Virus genome (UHGV): UHGV-0210560
Direction: 5' to 3' (one strand)
Length of the DNA: 34,455 nt
Source of the DNA: a virus
Shown: piece after piece, positions 6,844-15,374 of the stretch
Numbering within the stretch: position 1 is the stretch's first letter
How the letters are laid out: each line of letters starts with the position of its first letter
Translations under genes and position numbers: made by a program
The notes under the pieces: generated by a model
The model's input: the letters and a program-made list of their open reading frames with translations, nothing else
The model's database searches: none
Told to the model about the DNA's origin: nothing

Positions 6844-7611
6844 TTATTTACTTTCAAGCTGCTTTTCGAGCACTTCGAGGCGCTTTTGCGGCACTGCCGT
6901 CTCCAGAGCCTCACGCTCACGCTTTCCGGCGTTACGCACCTGCGCATAGCCCACAAAGCCAAAGACGATAGGCAACACCATGAAAAGCCCGAAGATTAAA
7001 AAAGTGCCCGCCATAAGGCAGTAGCCGATGGCGGCGGTCAGCAAAAGGCTTTTGACCTGCGTAAAGTAAGCCGACCATGCGATGGATACCACTATGACGC
7101 TTATAATTGCATGAGGCACTGCTATTGGAAAAGTCTTATATACTTCGTTTCCAGCAAAAAACACCAGTATAAAAAGTACATATATAGTGGCGATAATCGC
7201 TGCCGCCAAAGTAAAGCCGTTGCGGCGGATCTGCGCCGCGCACTCTTTTTCTTCCGCCGAAGCGGGCACAGTCGTCACCTTTTTTGCACCGCCGGAAATT
7301 GGTTTAAAAATAACAAATAACCCCACTATACTAAGCAAAAAGGACGGCGCCACATACAGCCCATAAGGATAAAAAGTAATCGCTGCCGCCCAGTACCCTA
7401 CGGTGGCAAGCACCGCGACGATCTCCGCGCCGGTGATGCCTGCCGCCCACCCGAAAGACAGCGCCGCCGCAGATACCGTCAGCTGCCATGATATGTACTG
7501 CATATGCTCATAGTCAAGATATATGCCGTTTTGCGTGCCGGACAGCACCAGCCACACATAAAATCCTGTGCACCAGAGAGCCGCCAGCAGCATGGGGAGG
7601 CGTTTTGCCAT
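6844..7611 (-). CDS. Multi-pass membrane protein (possible superinfection exclusion)
   Basis: About 8 hydrophobic segments in two similar halves; located in the lysogeny module. Confidence 0.65.
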   Translation of the reverse strand: MAKRLPMLLAALWCTGFYVWLVLSGTQNGIYLDYEHMQYISWQLTVSAAALSFGWAAGITGAEIVAVLATVGYWAAAITFYPYGLYVAPSFLLSIVGLFVIFKPISGGAKKVTTVPASAEEKECAAQIRRNGFTLAAAIIATIYVLFILVFFAGNEVYKTFPIAVPHAIISVIVVSIAWSAYFTQVKSLLLTAAIGYCLMAGTFLIFGLFMVLPIVFGFVGYAQVRNAGKREREALETAVPQKRLEVLEKQLESK

Positions 7612-7623
7612 AGATGCACCTCC

Positions 7624-7992
7624 TTAATGTCTTATCCATCCCACGCCGGGGAGGATTACATCTACTGCGATAAAAATTAAAAGGAACGCCATAACGGCGC
7701 AAGCGAAAATTAGGACGCGCTTAAACTGCCGGCGCTCGTGGGCTATGTCGTCCTGGCACTGCCGGATGAGCAGATCACGGTAGGACGGCAGATTCGGCGC
7801 AATGCCGACAATGGTATCCGCAGAGCCGCCGAGTGCTTTTATCATTGCGGTGGCCGCCGAAAATGACGGGTCGGGAGTGCTGCCGTTGATGATACGGATA
7901 ACGGTAGATTCCGGCACACCGGACTGCTCGGCTATTTGATGTGCGGTCAGCCCTTTTTCTTCCTTGAGCTTTTTCAGCTCGTCCGATAGCAT
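7624..7992 (-). CDS. XRE HTH protein with C-terminal transmembrane helix
   Basis: LKKLKEEKGLTAHQIAEQSGVPESTVIRIING; VLIFACAVMAFLLIFIAV. Confidence 0.8.
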   Translation of the reverse strand: MLSDELKKLKEEKGLTAHQIAEQSGVPESTVIRIINGSTPDPSFSAATAMIKALGGSADTIVGIAPNLPSYRDLLIRQCQDDIAHERRQFKRVLIFACAVMAFLLIFIAVDVILPGVGWIRH

Positions 7993-8268
7993 AATATCAC
8001 CCCAACTTTATTTGATAACGCTTTTACTCACCGAAAAGCAAAAAAAGGCATTTTCGGGTATGGTAACTCACTTGAAAAAATGGTAAGATTTAGGCGCAAG
8101 CCGGAGCAAACCGGACAAGCCGCCGAAAATATCTTCCGCAGCCGTCGGCGGCTGCACACACGGCACGGACGCCCGGAGCGGGCAGACAGGAGGATATACA
8201 TATGATGAAAAAGACAGAAAAAAACTTTTTGAGATTTTGCGAGAAACGCAAAGACCTTAAAGCGGAAA

Positions 8269-8643
8269 TCACTCTTTCGGAAGATAAGAGCGAACGACGG
8301 CTTCCAGCGCGTCAAGCTGCTCCGGTGAAAGGTGCTCCATATCCGCAAAAAGGCTTTGCACTTTCTTCGGCAGGCGATTAAAAAACGCAAGCAGCTTTAT
8401 ATCATCTTCGGAGAGCTCGCCGTTTTCGGCGGGCTTTTCTTTTATGTCCGTTTCGCCCCGCAGGTACTCCGGCGTGGTGCCGAGGATGTCCGCGATCTGC
8501 GCAAGGCGGTCGGCGGGGATTGACGAACGTCCGGCTTTTACATCTTTAAGGTATGTTCTTCTCAATCCAAGTTGAGTGCTTACAAAAGACAAACTTAATC
8601 CCTTTTCTTTTGCGATTTCTTCGATTCTGCCGATTTTGCACAT
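8269..8643 (-). CDS. CI-like immunity repressor
   Basis: N-terminal XRE HTH, IADILGTTPEYLRG; divergent from the early operon; GAAAGGAG RBS. Confidence 0.85.
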   Translation of the reverse strand: MCKIGRIEEIAKEKGLSLSFVSTQLGLRRTYLKDVKAGRSSIPADRLAQIADILGTTPEYLRGETDIKEKPAENGELSEDDIKLLAFFNRLPKKVQSLFADMEHLSPEQLDALEAVVRSYLPKE

Positions 8644-8687
8644 ATAATTCGCTCCTTTCAGTAGTAAAGTTTGTGTAAATTGCCGAA

Positions 8688-8856
8688 ACTCTCAAAATGA
8701 GCAAAAAAGCAAATAAACCTATTGACTTACGCTCAAAATGAGAGTATACTGTACTCACAGGAGCAAAAAGCAAGGCAAAAGAGGACAAAGCGCGAGAAAA
8801 GAGTGCTCAATAAACTAATACAAATATAAATTAGCACAAACCACGGCATTTGTCAA
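8688..8856. promoter_or_regulatory. Genetic switch: opposing promoters and operators
   Basis: Rightward TTGACT (8722)-17-TATACT (8745); leftward TTGACA (8856)-17-TAATTT; CTCAAAATGAG inverted repeats at 8691-8701 and 8732-8742. Confidence 0.75.
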
Positions 8857-8902
8857 CTTTTGAGAGCGTTTTGCGACCGAAAAAATAAAGGAGGATAAAT
8901 CC

Positions 8903-9016
8903 ATGGAAAATGCGTTGCAGAACAAGCTTTTTGATGAGATGACGGTAGAGGAGTTTATAGCCCTTACCAGAAACGCTTTTGGAGGAGAAATCATAAAGAG
9001 ATTGGAGGAGGGCTAA
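8903..9016 (+). CDS. 37-aa first early gene (absent from the ORF track)
   Basis: AAAGGAGG RBS; MENALQNKLFDEMTVEEFIALTRNAFGGEIIKRLEEG. Confidence 0.55.
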   Translation: MENALQNKLFDEMTVEEFIALTRNAFGGEIIKRLEEG

Positions 9017-9018
9017 CA

Positions 9019-9258
9019 ATGGATGAATACATCAAGCGAGAAGCGGTATTTATGAAACTAATGCAGGACGGGTGCAGCGCAAAAAACTTGCAATCCATCT
9101 CGGATATCCCCGGTGCCGACTTCGCGCCGGTGGTGCATGGACATAGGGTTGACGACGGGGGGTTCTACGCCAGATGCTCTCAATGCAACGGGGTACTGCC
9201 TCTTTGTGCCAACTATTGCCCCAACTGCGGAGCGAAGATGGATGAACAGGAGGGTTGA
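9019..9258 (+). CDS. Zn-ribbon protein, paralogue A
   Basis: APVVHG...CSQC...NYCPNCGAKMD. Confidence 0.75.
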   Translation: MDEYIKREAVFMKLMQDGCSAKNLQSISDIPGADFAPVVHGHRVDDGGFYARCSQCNGVLPLCANYCPNCGAKMDEQEG

Positions 9259-9260
9259 CC

Positions 9261-9569
9261 ATGGATGAATACATTGATAGAGAAGCGTTTAAGAAAAGCG
9301 TCGAGGAGCATTATTGTAAGCCGTGCAAGGCGGAGGGAAAAGACCACAACGGTTGCTGGTGTCGTGCCTGTTGGGTTGACGATATGCTCGATGAGGTAGA
9401 TTGTTTCCAGCCCGCCGATGTTGCCCCGGTGGTGCATGGACGAAAAATTGAAGACGGAGACATAGGGTGTTTTTGGCTGTGCTCTCTGTGCGGCGAATGT
9501 TTGCCGTATGGTGCGAATTATTGCCCGAACTGCGGCGCAAAGATGGACGAGGAGGAGGGCACACAATGA
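9261..9569 (+). CDS. Zn-ribbon protein, paralogue B
   Basis: MDEYIDREA...APVVHG...CSLC...NYCPNCGAKMD with an extra CxxC/CxxC insert. Confidence 0.75.
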   Translation: MDEYIDREAFKKSVEEHYCKPCKAEGKDHNGCWCRACWVDDMLDEVDCFQPADVAPVVHGRKIEDGDIGCFWLCSLCGECLPYGANYCPNCGAKMDEEEGTQ

Positions 9570-10315
9570 CCGACATACAAATTTTTAAGAACGAGCAATT
9601 CGGCGAGGTGAGGACTTCGGACGAAAACGGTGTTACCCTTTTCTGCGCCGCAGATGTAGCGAGAGGGCTTGGGTATAAAGACACGGTTAATGCCGTGAAG
9701 CAACATTGCCGTGGGGTGGTGAAACGCCACCTCACCGACAGCCTTGGAAGAACGCAGGAAGCTTCCTTTATTCCGGAGGGTGATGTTTACCGCCTTATAG
9801 TCCACAGCAAACTTCCGAGTGCGGAGAGATTCGAGCGTTGGGTGTTTGATGAGGTGATACCGACCATACGGCGGCACGGAGCATACGCCACGGAGACCAC
9901 CATAGAGAGCATAATCGCAGACCCGGAAAGCGGCATAAAGCTTTTGCAAGCCCTAAAGGCGGAGCAGGAGCGGAGGAAAGAGGCGGAAGCAATCGCCGAG
10001 GCACAGAAGCCGAAGGCACTTTTCCCCGACGCGGTAGCGGCAAGCGACAACAGCATTCTGGTCGGGGAGCTGGCTAAGATACTGCGGCAAAACGGCGTTG
10101 AGACCGGACAGAACAGGCTCTTCCGCTGGATGCGGGAGAACGGCTACATAATGCGGTACACCAACGTCCCCACCCAGTACAGCATGGAGCGGGGGCTGAT
10201 GGAGGTAAAGGAGCGGGCGATAAACAACCCCGACGGCAGCGTGAGGATCACGCAAACCATAAAGGTGACGGGGAAAGGTCAAGCCTACTTTGTGAATAAA
10301 TTTATAGGAGGGTAA
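9566..10315 (+). CDS. Antirepressor (BRO-N plus KilAC/ANT domains)
   Basis: IFKNEQFGEVR, FERWVFDEVIPTIRRHGAY, ILVGELAKIL, GQNRLFRWMR, KVTGKGQAYF. Confidence 0.9.
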   Translation: MTDIQIFKNEQFGEVRTSDENGVTLFCAADVARGLGYKDTVNAVKQHCRGVVKRHLTDSLGRTQEASFIPEGDVYRLIVHSKLPSAERFERWVFDEVIPTIRRHGAYATETTIESIIADPESGIKLLQALKAEQERRKEAEAIAEAQKPKALFPDAVAASDNSILVGELAKILRQNGVETGQNRLFRWMRENGYIMRYTNVPTQYSMERGLMEVKERAINNPDGSVRITQTIKVTGKGQAYFVNKFIGG

Positions 10316-10319
10316 GAGG

Positions 10320-11126
10320 ATGAAAGGTTACAAAGCATTTGACAAGGGGCTTGTGTGCCGCGGGAAACAGTATGCGGAGAACACGGCCTTTGAGGAGGAC
10401 GAAGCGGTTATTTGCCAAAAGGGTATGCACTTTTGCGCAGAGCCGATGGATGTGTTTGATTATTACCCGCCGGAAAGCGAGTTCGCCGAGGTGGAAGCAC
10501 CGGACGAAGCAGCGACCGATGATAACAGAAAGTATGTGACGAAAAAGCTTAAAGTTGGGTCGAAGATGAGTTTGAAAGAGCTTATAAGCGCACAGGTCGA
10601 AATTGATTTTGCAAAGGCAAAAGAGGAAGGCAACGGCAGTTACGCACCGGGCTACTATGGTCACGCCGCCGCACCGGGCTACTATGGTCACGCCGCCGCA
10701 CAGGGCGACTATGGTCACGCCGCCGCAGAGGGTAACTGTGGTCACGCCGCCGCAGAGGGTAACTGTGGTCACGCCGCCGCACAGGGCTACTATGGTCACG
10801 CCGCCGCACAGGGCGACTATGGTCACGCCGCCGCACAGGGCGACTATGGTCACGCCGCCGCACAGGGCTACTATGGTCACGCCGCCGCACAGGGCTACAA
10901 GGGTCACGCCTCTGTGGGCGGCAAAGATGCGATTGCCGCCGCTTTTGGCATAGCGGGCAAAGCTAAAGCCTGCCTCGGCTCGTGGATAATGCTTGCCGAG
11001 TGGGTGCTTATGGGCGACGGCTGGCACATCAAGACCGTAAAAACCGCCAAAATCGACGGCGAAAAGCTTAAAGCGGACACTTGGTATATACTTAAAAACG
11101 GCGAGTTTGAGGAGGTAAAGGAATGA
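10320..11126 (+). CDS. Hypothetical phage protein with internal 9-aa repeats
   Basis: MKGYKAFDK...GMHFC N-terminal domain; (GxYGHAAAQ)x10; IDGEKLKADTWY C-terminus. Confidence 0.8.
   Translation: MKGYKAFDKGLVCRGKQYAENTAFEEDEAVICQKGMHFCAEPMDVFDYYPPESEFAEVEAPDEAATDDNRKYVTKKLKVGSKMSLKELISAQVEIDFAKAKEEGNGSYAPGYYGHAAAPGYYGHAAAQGDYGHAAAEGNCGHAAAEGNCGHAAAQGYYGHAAAQGDYGHAAAQGDYGHAAAQGYYGHAAAQGYKGHASVGGKDAIAAAFGIAGKAKACLGSWIMLAEWVLMGDGWHIKTVKTAKIDGEKLKADTWYILKNGEFEEVKE
10644..10910 (+). repeat. 27-bp coding tandem repeat, about 10 units
   Basis: Variants of GGCTACTATGGTCACGCCGCCGCACAG. Confidence 0.95.
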
Positions 11127-11347
11127 TAACACTTGATGATATAAAGAGGATGGACAAGGAGCTTTTGACGGTGCAGGACGTGGAGAAGCTGCTTAAAGTC
11201 AACGGCACTACAATACGCAGGGCGGCGCGGGAGCACCCGGAAACCCTCGGCTTTCCGGTGATGCTCTTCGGCAAGGGCGGCAAACAGGTTCGCATACCGC
11301 GCAGGGCGTTCGTAAAATTCTTAGAGGGAGGCGGCGGCGATGGCTAA
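11123..11347 (+). CDS. Excisionase-like HTH protein
   Basis: LLTVQDVEKLLKV...VRIPRRAFVKFL. Confidence 0.7.
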   Translation: MITLDDIKRMDKELLTVQDVEKLLKVNGTTIRRAAREHPETLGFPVMLFGKGGKQVRIPRRAFVKFLEGGGGDG

Positions 11348-11600
11348 AAAGGCGCCACCTGAGCGCTCGGCGCTCGAAAAAGAGCTTTTTGCGCAGCGCG
11401 TGACCGAGGACATGCTTGCGCGATACATAGGGCGCAGCACATCGTATGTGTCCAATCGCATGATAGGGCGGTACGCGTGGACGGTCGCGGAAGCGTACCA
11501 GATACTCAAGATGCTGCGCAAAGAGCCGCGAGATTTTATTATTTACTTTCCACCGGAGGAGGGATTTGTGTGCGAAAAAGTGACATTTTGTGTGGGATAA
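11340..11600 (+). CDS. Cro-like HTH protein
   Basis: TEDMLARYIGRSTSYVSNRMIGRYAWTVAE. Confidence 0.7.
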   Translation: MAKKAPPERSALEKELFAQRVTEDMLARYIGRSTSYVSNRMIGRYAWTVAEAYQILKMLRKEPRDFIIYFPPEEGFVCEKVTFCVG

Positions 11601-11764
11601 TTGCTTTTGTGATTATAGTGCTTATTTTTGGAGCGGTCGGCGGGGTCGACTGCGGGAGGCTCAGCCTTGGGCGCTGCTTTTTGTACATAGCGGGGCTGAG
11701 CTTGGCGCTTATAGCCGATATCAAGATAGGCGAGCACCTGTACTACACCAGCAAGGAGGACTGA
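11570..11764 (+). CDS. Small membrane protein with two transmembrane helices
   Basis: GGAGG RBS, GTG at 11570; two hydrophobic helices. Confidence 0.55.
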   Translation: MRKSDILCGIIAFVIIVLIFGAVGGVDCGRLSLGRCFLYIAGLSLALIADIKIGEHLYYTSKED

Positions 11765-11767
11765 CAG

Positions 11768-12004
11768 ATGTGTGACAGATGTAAAGGATGCATACACCGC
11801 CGGGCGTTGGCCGGAAAGTCCGCCGCAGTTTGCCAGTACGCCATAGACACCGGCAAACTGCGCGGCTGCGAGCCGGAGGACTGCCCGCACTGGAGCGGTG
11901 ACCAAAAAGAGCTCAAGCGTCTGATGCACGCAAGCGAGGAGCGGGATTTGTTTGCCGCTTTTTCCGACTTCGGCGAGGCGAAAGGGTCGCAGTGGTATGA
12001 TTGA
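11768..12004 (+). CDS. Cys-rich hypothetical protein
   Basis: CKGC...CQY...RGC...C; AAGGAGG RBS. Confidence 0.65.
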   Translation: MCDRCKGCIHRRALAGKSAAVCQYAIDTGKLRGCEPEDCPHWSGDQKELKRLMHASEERDLFAAFSDFGEAKGSQWYD

Positions 12005-12191
12005 GCGCTGCGAGGTATGCGGTAAGCCCATCCACGAGTGCAAAGGCGGCATCCTACGCTGCCGCCGATACTCCTGCGTGTGCGCAAAGTGCCATTTTAA
12101 TTGCCAATTTTATCGCGATGACGGGCTTTGTTATTGGTGGTGCGCATACCCCGAAAAAGATAAAAAAATCGCATCTCCTGATAGTAAATAA
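11997..12191 (+). CDS. Cys-rich Zn-finger protein
   Basis: CEVC...CRRYSCVCAKCHFNC; overlaps the upstream stop. Confidence 0.6.
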   Translation: MIERCEVCGKPIHECKGGILRCRRYSCVCAKCHFNCQFYRDDGLCYWWCAYPEKDKKIASPDSK

Positions 12192-12458
12192 TATATATAA
12201 TTTAGTAGTAGTAGTAGGCATTGTGGAAAACTTTTTTTATTACGCTCGTGTGGGAAAGATTTTTTTAATAACGATTTTGTCATTCCGGGGAAAAGAATAA
12301 AAGCTGTTTTTCGTGAAGTATTTCACAAATTCTATGTGGAAAACTTGGTGGAAAACTCGTTGAAAACTTGTGGAAAAGTTGAAAACTTAATTTCAGCCCA
12401 AAATTTAGGCTGTGGAAAAGTTGAAAACTATGTGGAAAACTCGTTGAAAAGTTGAAAA
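12186..12458 (-). other. Putative replication origin of bacterial oriC type
   Basis: TGTGGAAAA (= TTTTCCACA, fits TTWTNCACA) at 12222, 12335, 12369, 12411 and 12431, plus degenerate boxes; (TAG)5 at 12203-12217; AT-only tract at 12185-12204. Confidence 0.8.
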
Positions 12459-12776
12459 TTGGAGGTGGAAGAATTGGAAAATAGATGCTTTCTTTGCGGA
12501 GCGGACGGACGGCGCGATCCGCTCGATACGCATCACATTTTCGGCGGCGCGTACCGAAAGAAAAGCACCAAGTATGGGCTCACCGTAAAGCTGTGCCACT
12601 ATAAATGTCACATTTTTGGCGCGGAGGCGGTGCATAGCTGCCGCGCGACCATGGACAAGCTGCACAAATACGGTCAACGAAAAGCCATGCGCGAGCAGGG
12701 CTGGACAGTGGCGGATTTCCGCCGGGAGTTCGGCTGCAACTACTTGTGGGATGAGTTGGACGGACAGGAGGATTAG
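12459..12776 (+). CDS. HNH-like Zn-binding protein
   Basis: CFLCG...HHIFGG...KYGLTVKLCHYKCH. Confidence 0.7.
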   Translation: MEVEELENRCFLCGADGRRDPLDTHHIFGGAYRKKSTKYGLTVKLCHYKCHIFGAEAVHSCRATMDKLHKYGQRKAMREQGWTVADFRREFGCNYLWDELDGQED

Positions 12777-12965
12777 ATGGATTATAAATTTTACACTTGC
12801 CCATATGACGATAATATAAGCTGTAAGCGGCTGCCGAGCTCGCGCTGTGAGGGATGCCCTATCCGCACCAACCCCGCGCGGTTTACCAAGCAGGAGCTTG
12901 CGGAGGCGATAACTAAGAGCGTGCTTGAGCGGCACGACCGTAATCTTATGAGAGGAGATGAGTAG
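12777..12965 (+). CDS. Small Cys-containing hypothetical protein
   Basis: AGGAGG RBS; starts immediately after the upstream stop. Confidence 0.55.
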   Translation: MDYKFYTCPYDDNISCKRLPSSRCEGCPIRTNPARFTKQELAEAITKSVLERHDRNLMRGDE

Positions 12966-12967
12966 CA

Positions 12968-13408
12968 ATGCTTACGGAGTACATTGACAGAGAGCGCACC
13001 ACTATTGCCATACTGCGGGACTACCGCGACGCGGAGTGGAAAAAAAGCACCGGCAAGGAGAAGCTGCACCAGATAGATGAGCGCCTGTACAAGGTCGGCG
13101 GAAGCTTTGGCAGCGACCCGGTACAAGGCGGTGCGCCGAAAATCCAAGAGCACTGGTGCGCGGCAATCGACGAAAAGACCGTGCTCGAAAAAGGCACACG
13201 GATGGCCGAGGAATATTTTGACGAGCTTACTCCTTGCCTTGCACGCCTTACGGACGAGGAGCGGGACATGATATATTTACGCTGGATTGACTGCGAGGAA
13301 CGGGACGGCATACAGACCATTATGGACAGCTACCACATCGCCAAAACCGAGGCTTATAAGCGGAGCAACGCCGCGCTTTCGCGGCTTGCAAAATTGATTT
13401 TTTGGTAA
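12968..13408 (+). CDS. RinA/ArpU-like transcriptional activator
   Basis: LARLTDEERDMIYLRW...AYKRSNAALSRL sigma-region-4-like C-terminus. Confidence 0.65.
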   Translation: MLTEYIDRERTTIAILRDYRDAEWKKSTGKEKLHQIDERLYKVGGSFGSDPVQGGAPKIQEHWCAAIDEKTVLEKGTRMAEEYFDELTPCLARLTDEERDMIYLRWIDCEERDGIQTIMDSYHIAKTEAYKRSNAALSRLAKLIFW

Positions 13409-13420
13409 GGAGGACACAAC

Positions 13421-13600
13421 ATGCAACCAAAAGCAGAGCTGGATGCTTTTTGTGCCCAGTGCGAGCACCGCGGCGAGACGATGTGCGACCGGAGTGGGGC
13501 TTGCGCAAAGTGCAAAGACCAGTACGAGTGTATAAAGATATGCGTAGAGGAAATACAGACAGGCAAAAAGTTTGCAGAACCGCCAAGGAGGTACATATGA
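13421..13600 (+). CDS. 59-aa Cys-rich protein (absent from the ORF track)
   Basis: AAGGAGG RBS; MQPKAELDAFCAQCEHR...; ATGA overlap with the next gene. Confidence 0.55.
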   Translation: MQPKAELDAFCAQCEHRGETMCDRSGACAKCKDQYECIKICVEEIQTGKKFAEPPRRYI

Positions 13601-13872
13601 CAAATTTTGAGTATATAAGATCACTTGATGATAAAGGGTTGCGCGCCTTTTGGAATTTCGCCGCCAGCGGCGACGTGGACATCTTCTGCGAGACATGCAA
13701 TCTGTGCCGGTACGGCGGTGTAGATCGGTGTATGTCAGCGGCGAAGACCGGGCACGGAGAGGACGTATTGCGTGAGTGCAATAAGGCCAAATGGCGGTGG
13801 CTGCACGACGAGGCGCACGCCCTAAAAAAAGCCGTGGAGGAGGAGCTGCGCCATGAGAGCAAGAGCCTGTAA
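13597..13872 (+). CDS. Hypothetical protein
   Basis: AAGGAGG RBS, MTNFEYIRSL start; Cys motif. Confidence 0.65.
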   Translation: MTNFEYIRSLDDKGLRAFWNFAASGDVDIFCETCNLCRYGGVDRCMSAAKTGHGEDVLRECNKAKWRWLHDEAHALKKAVEEELRHESKSL

Positions 13873-14173
13873 TGGCGGCTTGACCGCTTCCGAAAGAAAA
13901 GCCATGCACAACGAGATAAAAAGGCAGCTTGCGGAGTATGACCGCAGACACGCGAAAGAGATAGATGCCATTGTCTTGTGGGTGCTGCGGGAGACCTTCG
14001 GCTTTGGCGAAAAGCGCCTACGCAAGTATTTTGACGAGTTTGGACGGCAACTCAATCGCCTTATAGAGTACTACAGTATGGGCGAGGACGACGAAGCGTG
14101 GCTTTGCAGCAGGAAACTAAAAGAGGCAGGCATAGACCTTGAAAAATGGGAGGCAGAAAAATGGGATATTTAA
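13853..14173 (+). CDS. Hypothetical phage protein
   Basis: LWVLRETFGFGEKRLRKY motif. Confidence 0.7.
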   Translation: MRARACNGGLTASERKAMHNEIKRQLAEYDRRHAKEIDAIVLWVLRETFGFGEKRLRKYFDEFGRQLNRLIEYYSMGEDDEAWLCSRKLKEAGIDLEKWEAEKWDI

Positions 14174-14246
14174 TAGCGTTCGGGCTTGGATTTGTCCTTG
14201 GAGGATTTATAATGTCGGCACTGACGGACAAGGAGGGCAACGGAAA

Positions 14247-14540
14247 ATGAAAGTATATATTGCAGGCAAGATCACCGGCAACAAAAAATATCATGAAATG
14301 TTTGACTTAGCGGAGCGGGTATACAGCAAGAAATACATTGTGCTTAACCCGGCGACCCTGCCGGAGGGCATGAGCGCCGCGGATTATATGCGCATATGCT
14401 TTGCGATGATAGATGCAGCGGACTTGGTCGCTTTCCTGCCGGGATGGCGGACAAGTCCGGGCGCACGACTTGAGAGAGCATACTGCAGCTACATAGGCAA
14501 AGGCACAATTGATTTTGAGTGCAAAGAGGGCGGTGTGTGA
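14247..14540 (+). CDS. DUF4406 / nucleoside deoxyribosyltransferase-like protein
   Basis: KVYIAGKITG, VLNPA, LPGWRTSPGARLE. Confidence 0.8.
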   Translation: MKVYIAGKITGNKKYHEMFDLAERVYSKKYIVLNPATLPEGMSAADYMRICFAMIDAADLVAFLPGWRTSPGARLERAYCSYIGKGTIDFECKEGGV

Positions 14541-14541
14541 G

Positions 14542-14808
14542 ATGATACGATACATCAAGCGATTGTGTACAGCGATGCTCCTGCTGCTTACCACTTTGTC
14601 TTTAGCGGTCGCAGTAGAGCTAACGCTCATATACCTTCAGAGCGGTATGCTGGTGTATGCGGCAGCGGCGCTTGCCGCAATGCTCGCGAGCATAGGACTT
14701 TGCAATGCCGTGACAGCGGCGCTTATAGCGGAGCTATCGGATATAGTCACGGAGCGGGTTTTGCAAAACTGCGGAAAAACTGCGGAAAATAAGCTTGAAA
14801 TTTATTGA
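14542..14808 (+). CDS. Membrane protein
   Basis: Two long hydrophobic segments. Confidence 0.5.
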   Translation: MIRYIKRLCTAMLLLLTTLSLAVAVELTLIYLQSGMLVYAAAALAAMLASIGLCNAVTAALIAELSDIVTERVLQNCGKTAENKLEIY

Positions 14809-14874
14809 CAAAAGCTGATAAGATAAAGACAGTAAATCTCATGGTTTTTCGCTCCTTTCAAAATATTTTCGGCA

Positions 14875-14913
14875 GAAAGCGCTTCCGCGGCAAACGGAGG
14901 CGCTTTTTGCTTT
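14875..14913 (+). terminator. Intrinsic terminator
   Basis: AAAGCGCTTCCG-cggcaaa-CGGAGGCGCTTT followed by TTGCTTT. Confidence 0.7.
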
Positions 14914-14925
14914 AAGGAGTACGAT

Positions 14926-15237
14926 ATGACACAAAAGCAATTTTACTCATCAATGCCGTGGCGGCGGGCACGCGAAGCTTATAAAGCGTACCGCAAAGCA
15001 CTGGACGGCGGAATGTGTGAGGTCTGCCACTGCGAGCTTGGCAAGATTGTGCATCACAAAGTGTGGCTTAACGATGACAACTGCAACGACCCGGACATCG
15101 CACTCAACCCGAAGAACTTCCGATACGAGTGCCAGACCTGCCACAACAAAGAGAGAGACGGAGAAACATTTCACGCCGGAGCGGGCGGACGCTATCGCTT
15201 CGATGCCGACGGCAAAATTATTTTTCTCGACGGCTGA
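14926..15237 (+). CDS. HNH endonuclease (terminase-associated)
   Basis: FYSSMPWRRAR, CEVC, VHHK, CQTCHNK; upstream of the packaging genes. Confidence 0.85.
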   Translation: MTQKQFYSSMPWRRAREAYKAYRKALDGGMCEVCHCELGKIVHHKVWLNDDNCNDPDIALNPKNFRYECQTCHNKERDGETFHAGAGGRYRFDADGKIIFLDG

Positions 15238-15330
15238 CTCCCCCCATCTCGCGCGCCGCCGGGCACTCAAAAGCACCGAGGCGCCCACTGCAAAAAAACT
15301 CTGCAAGTCGCGCGTAATGTTTTTTGGAAA
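15236..15330. other. Candidate cos region
   Basis: GC-rich non-coding stretch (CTCCCCCC...GCGCG) after the HNH gene, the usual cos position in HK97-like phages; exact site not determined. Confidence 0.4.
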
Positions 15331-15374
15331 AAACGAATCGCGCACAGGATAAGACGAAAAGAGGTAAAAATAAA

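Noticed and set aside
10644..10910. CRISPR array or diversity-generating retroelement repeat
   Set aside because: Contiguous in-frame coding repeats with no spacers, and no reverse transcriptase in the window
12001..12300. 99-aa ORF across the origin
   Set aside because: Its low-complexity translation (LVVVVG, FFYY) reflects the trios and DnaA boxes; it overlaps a better ORF
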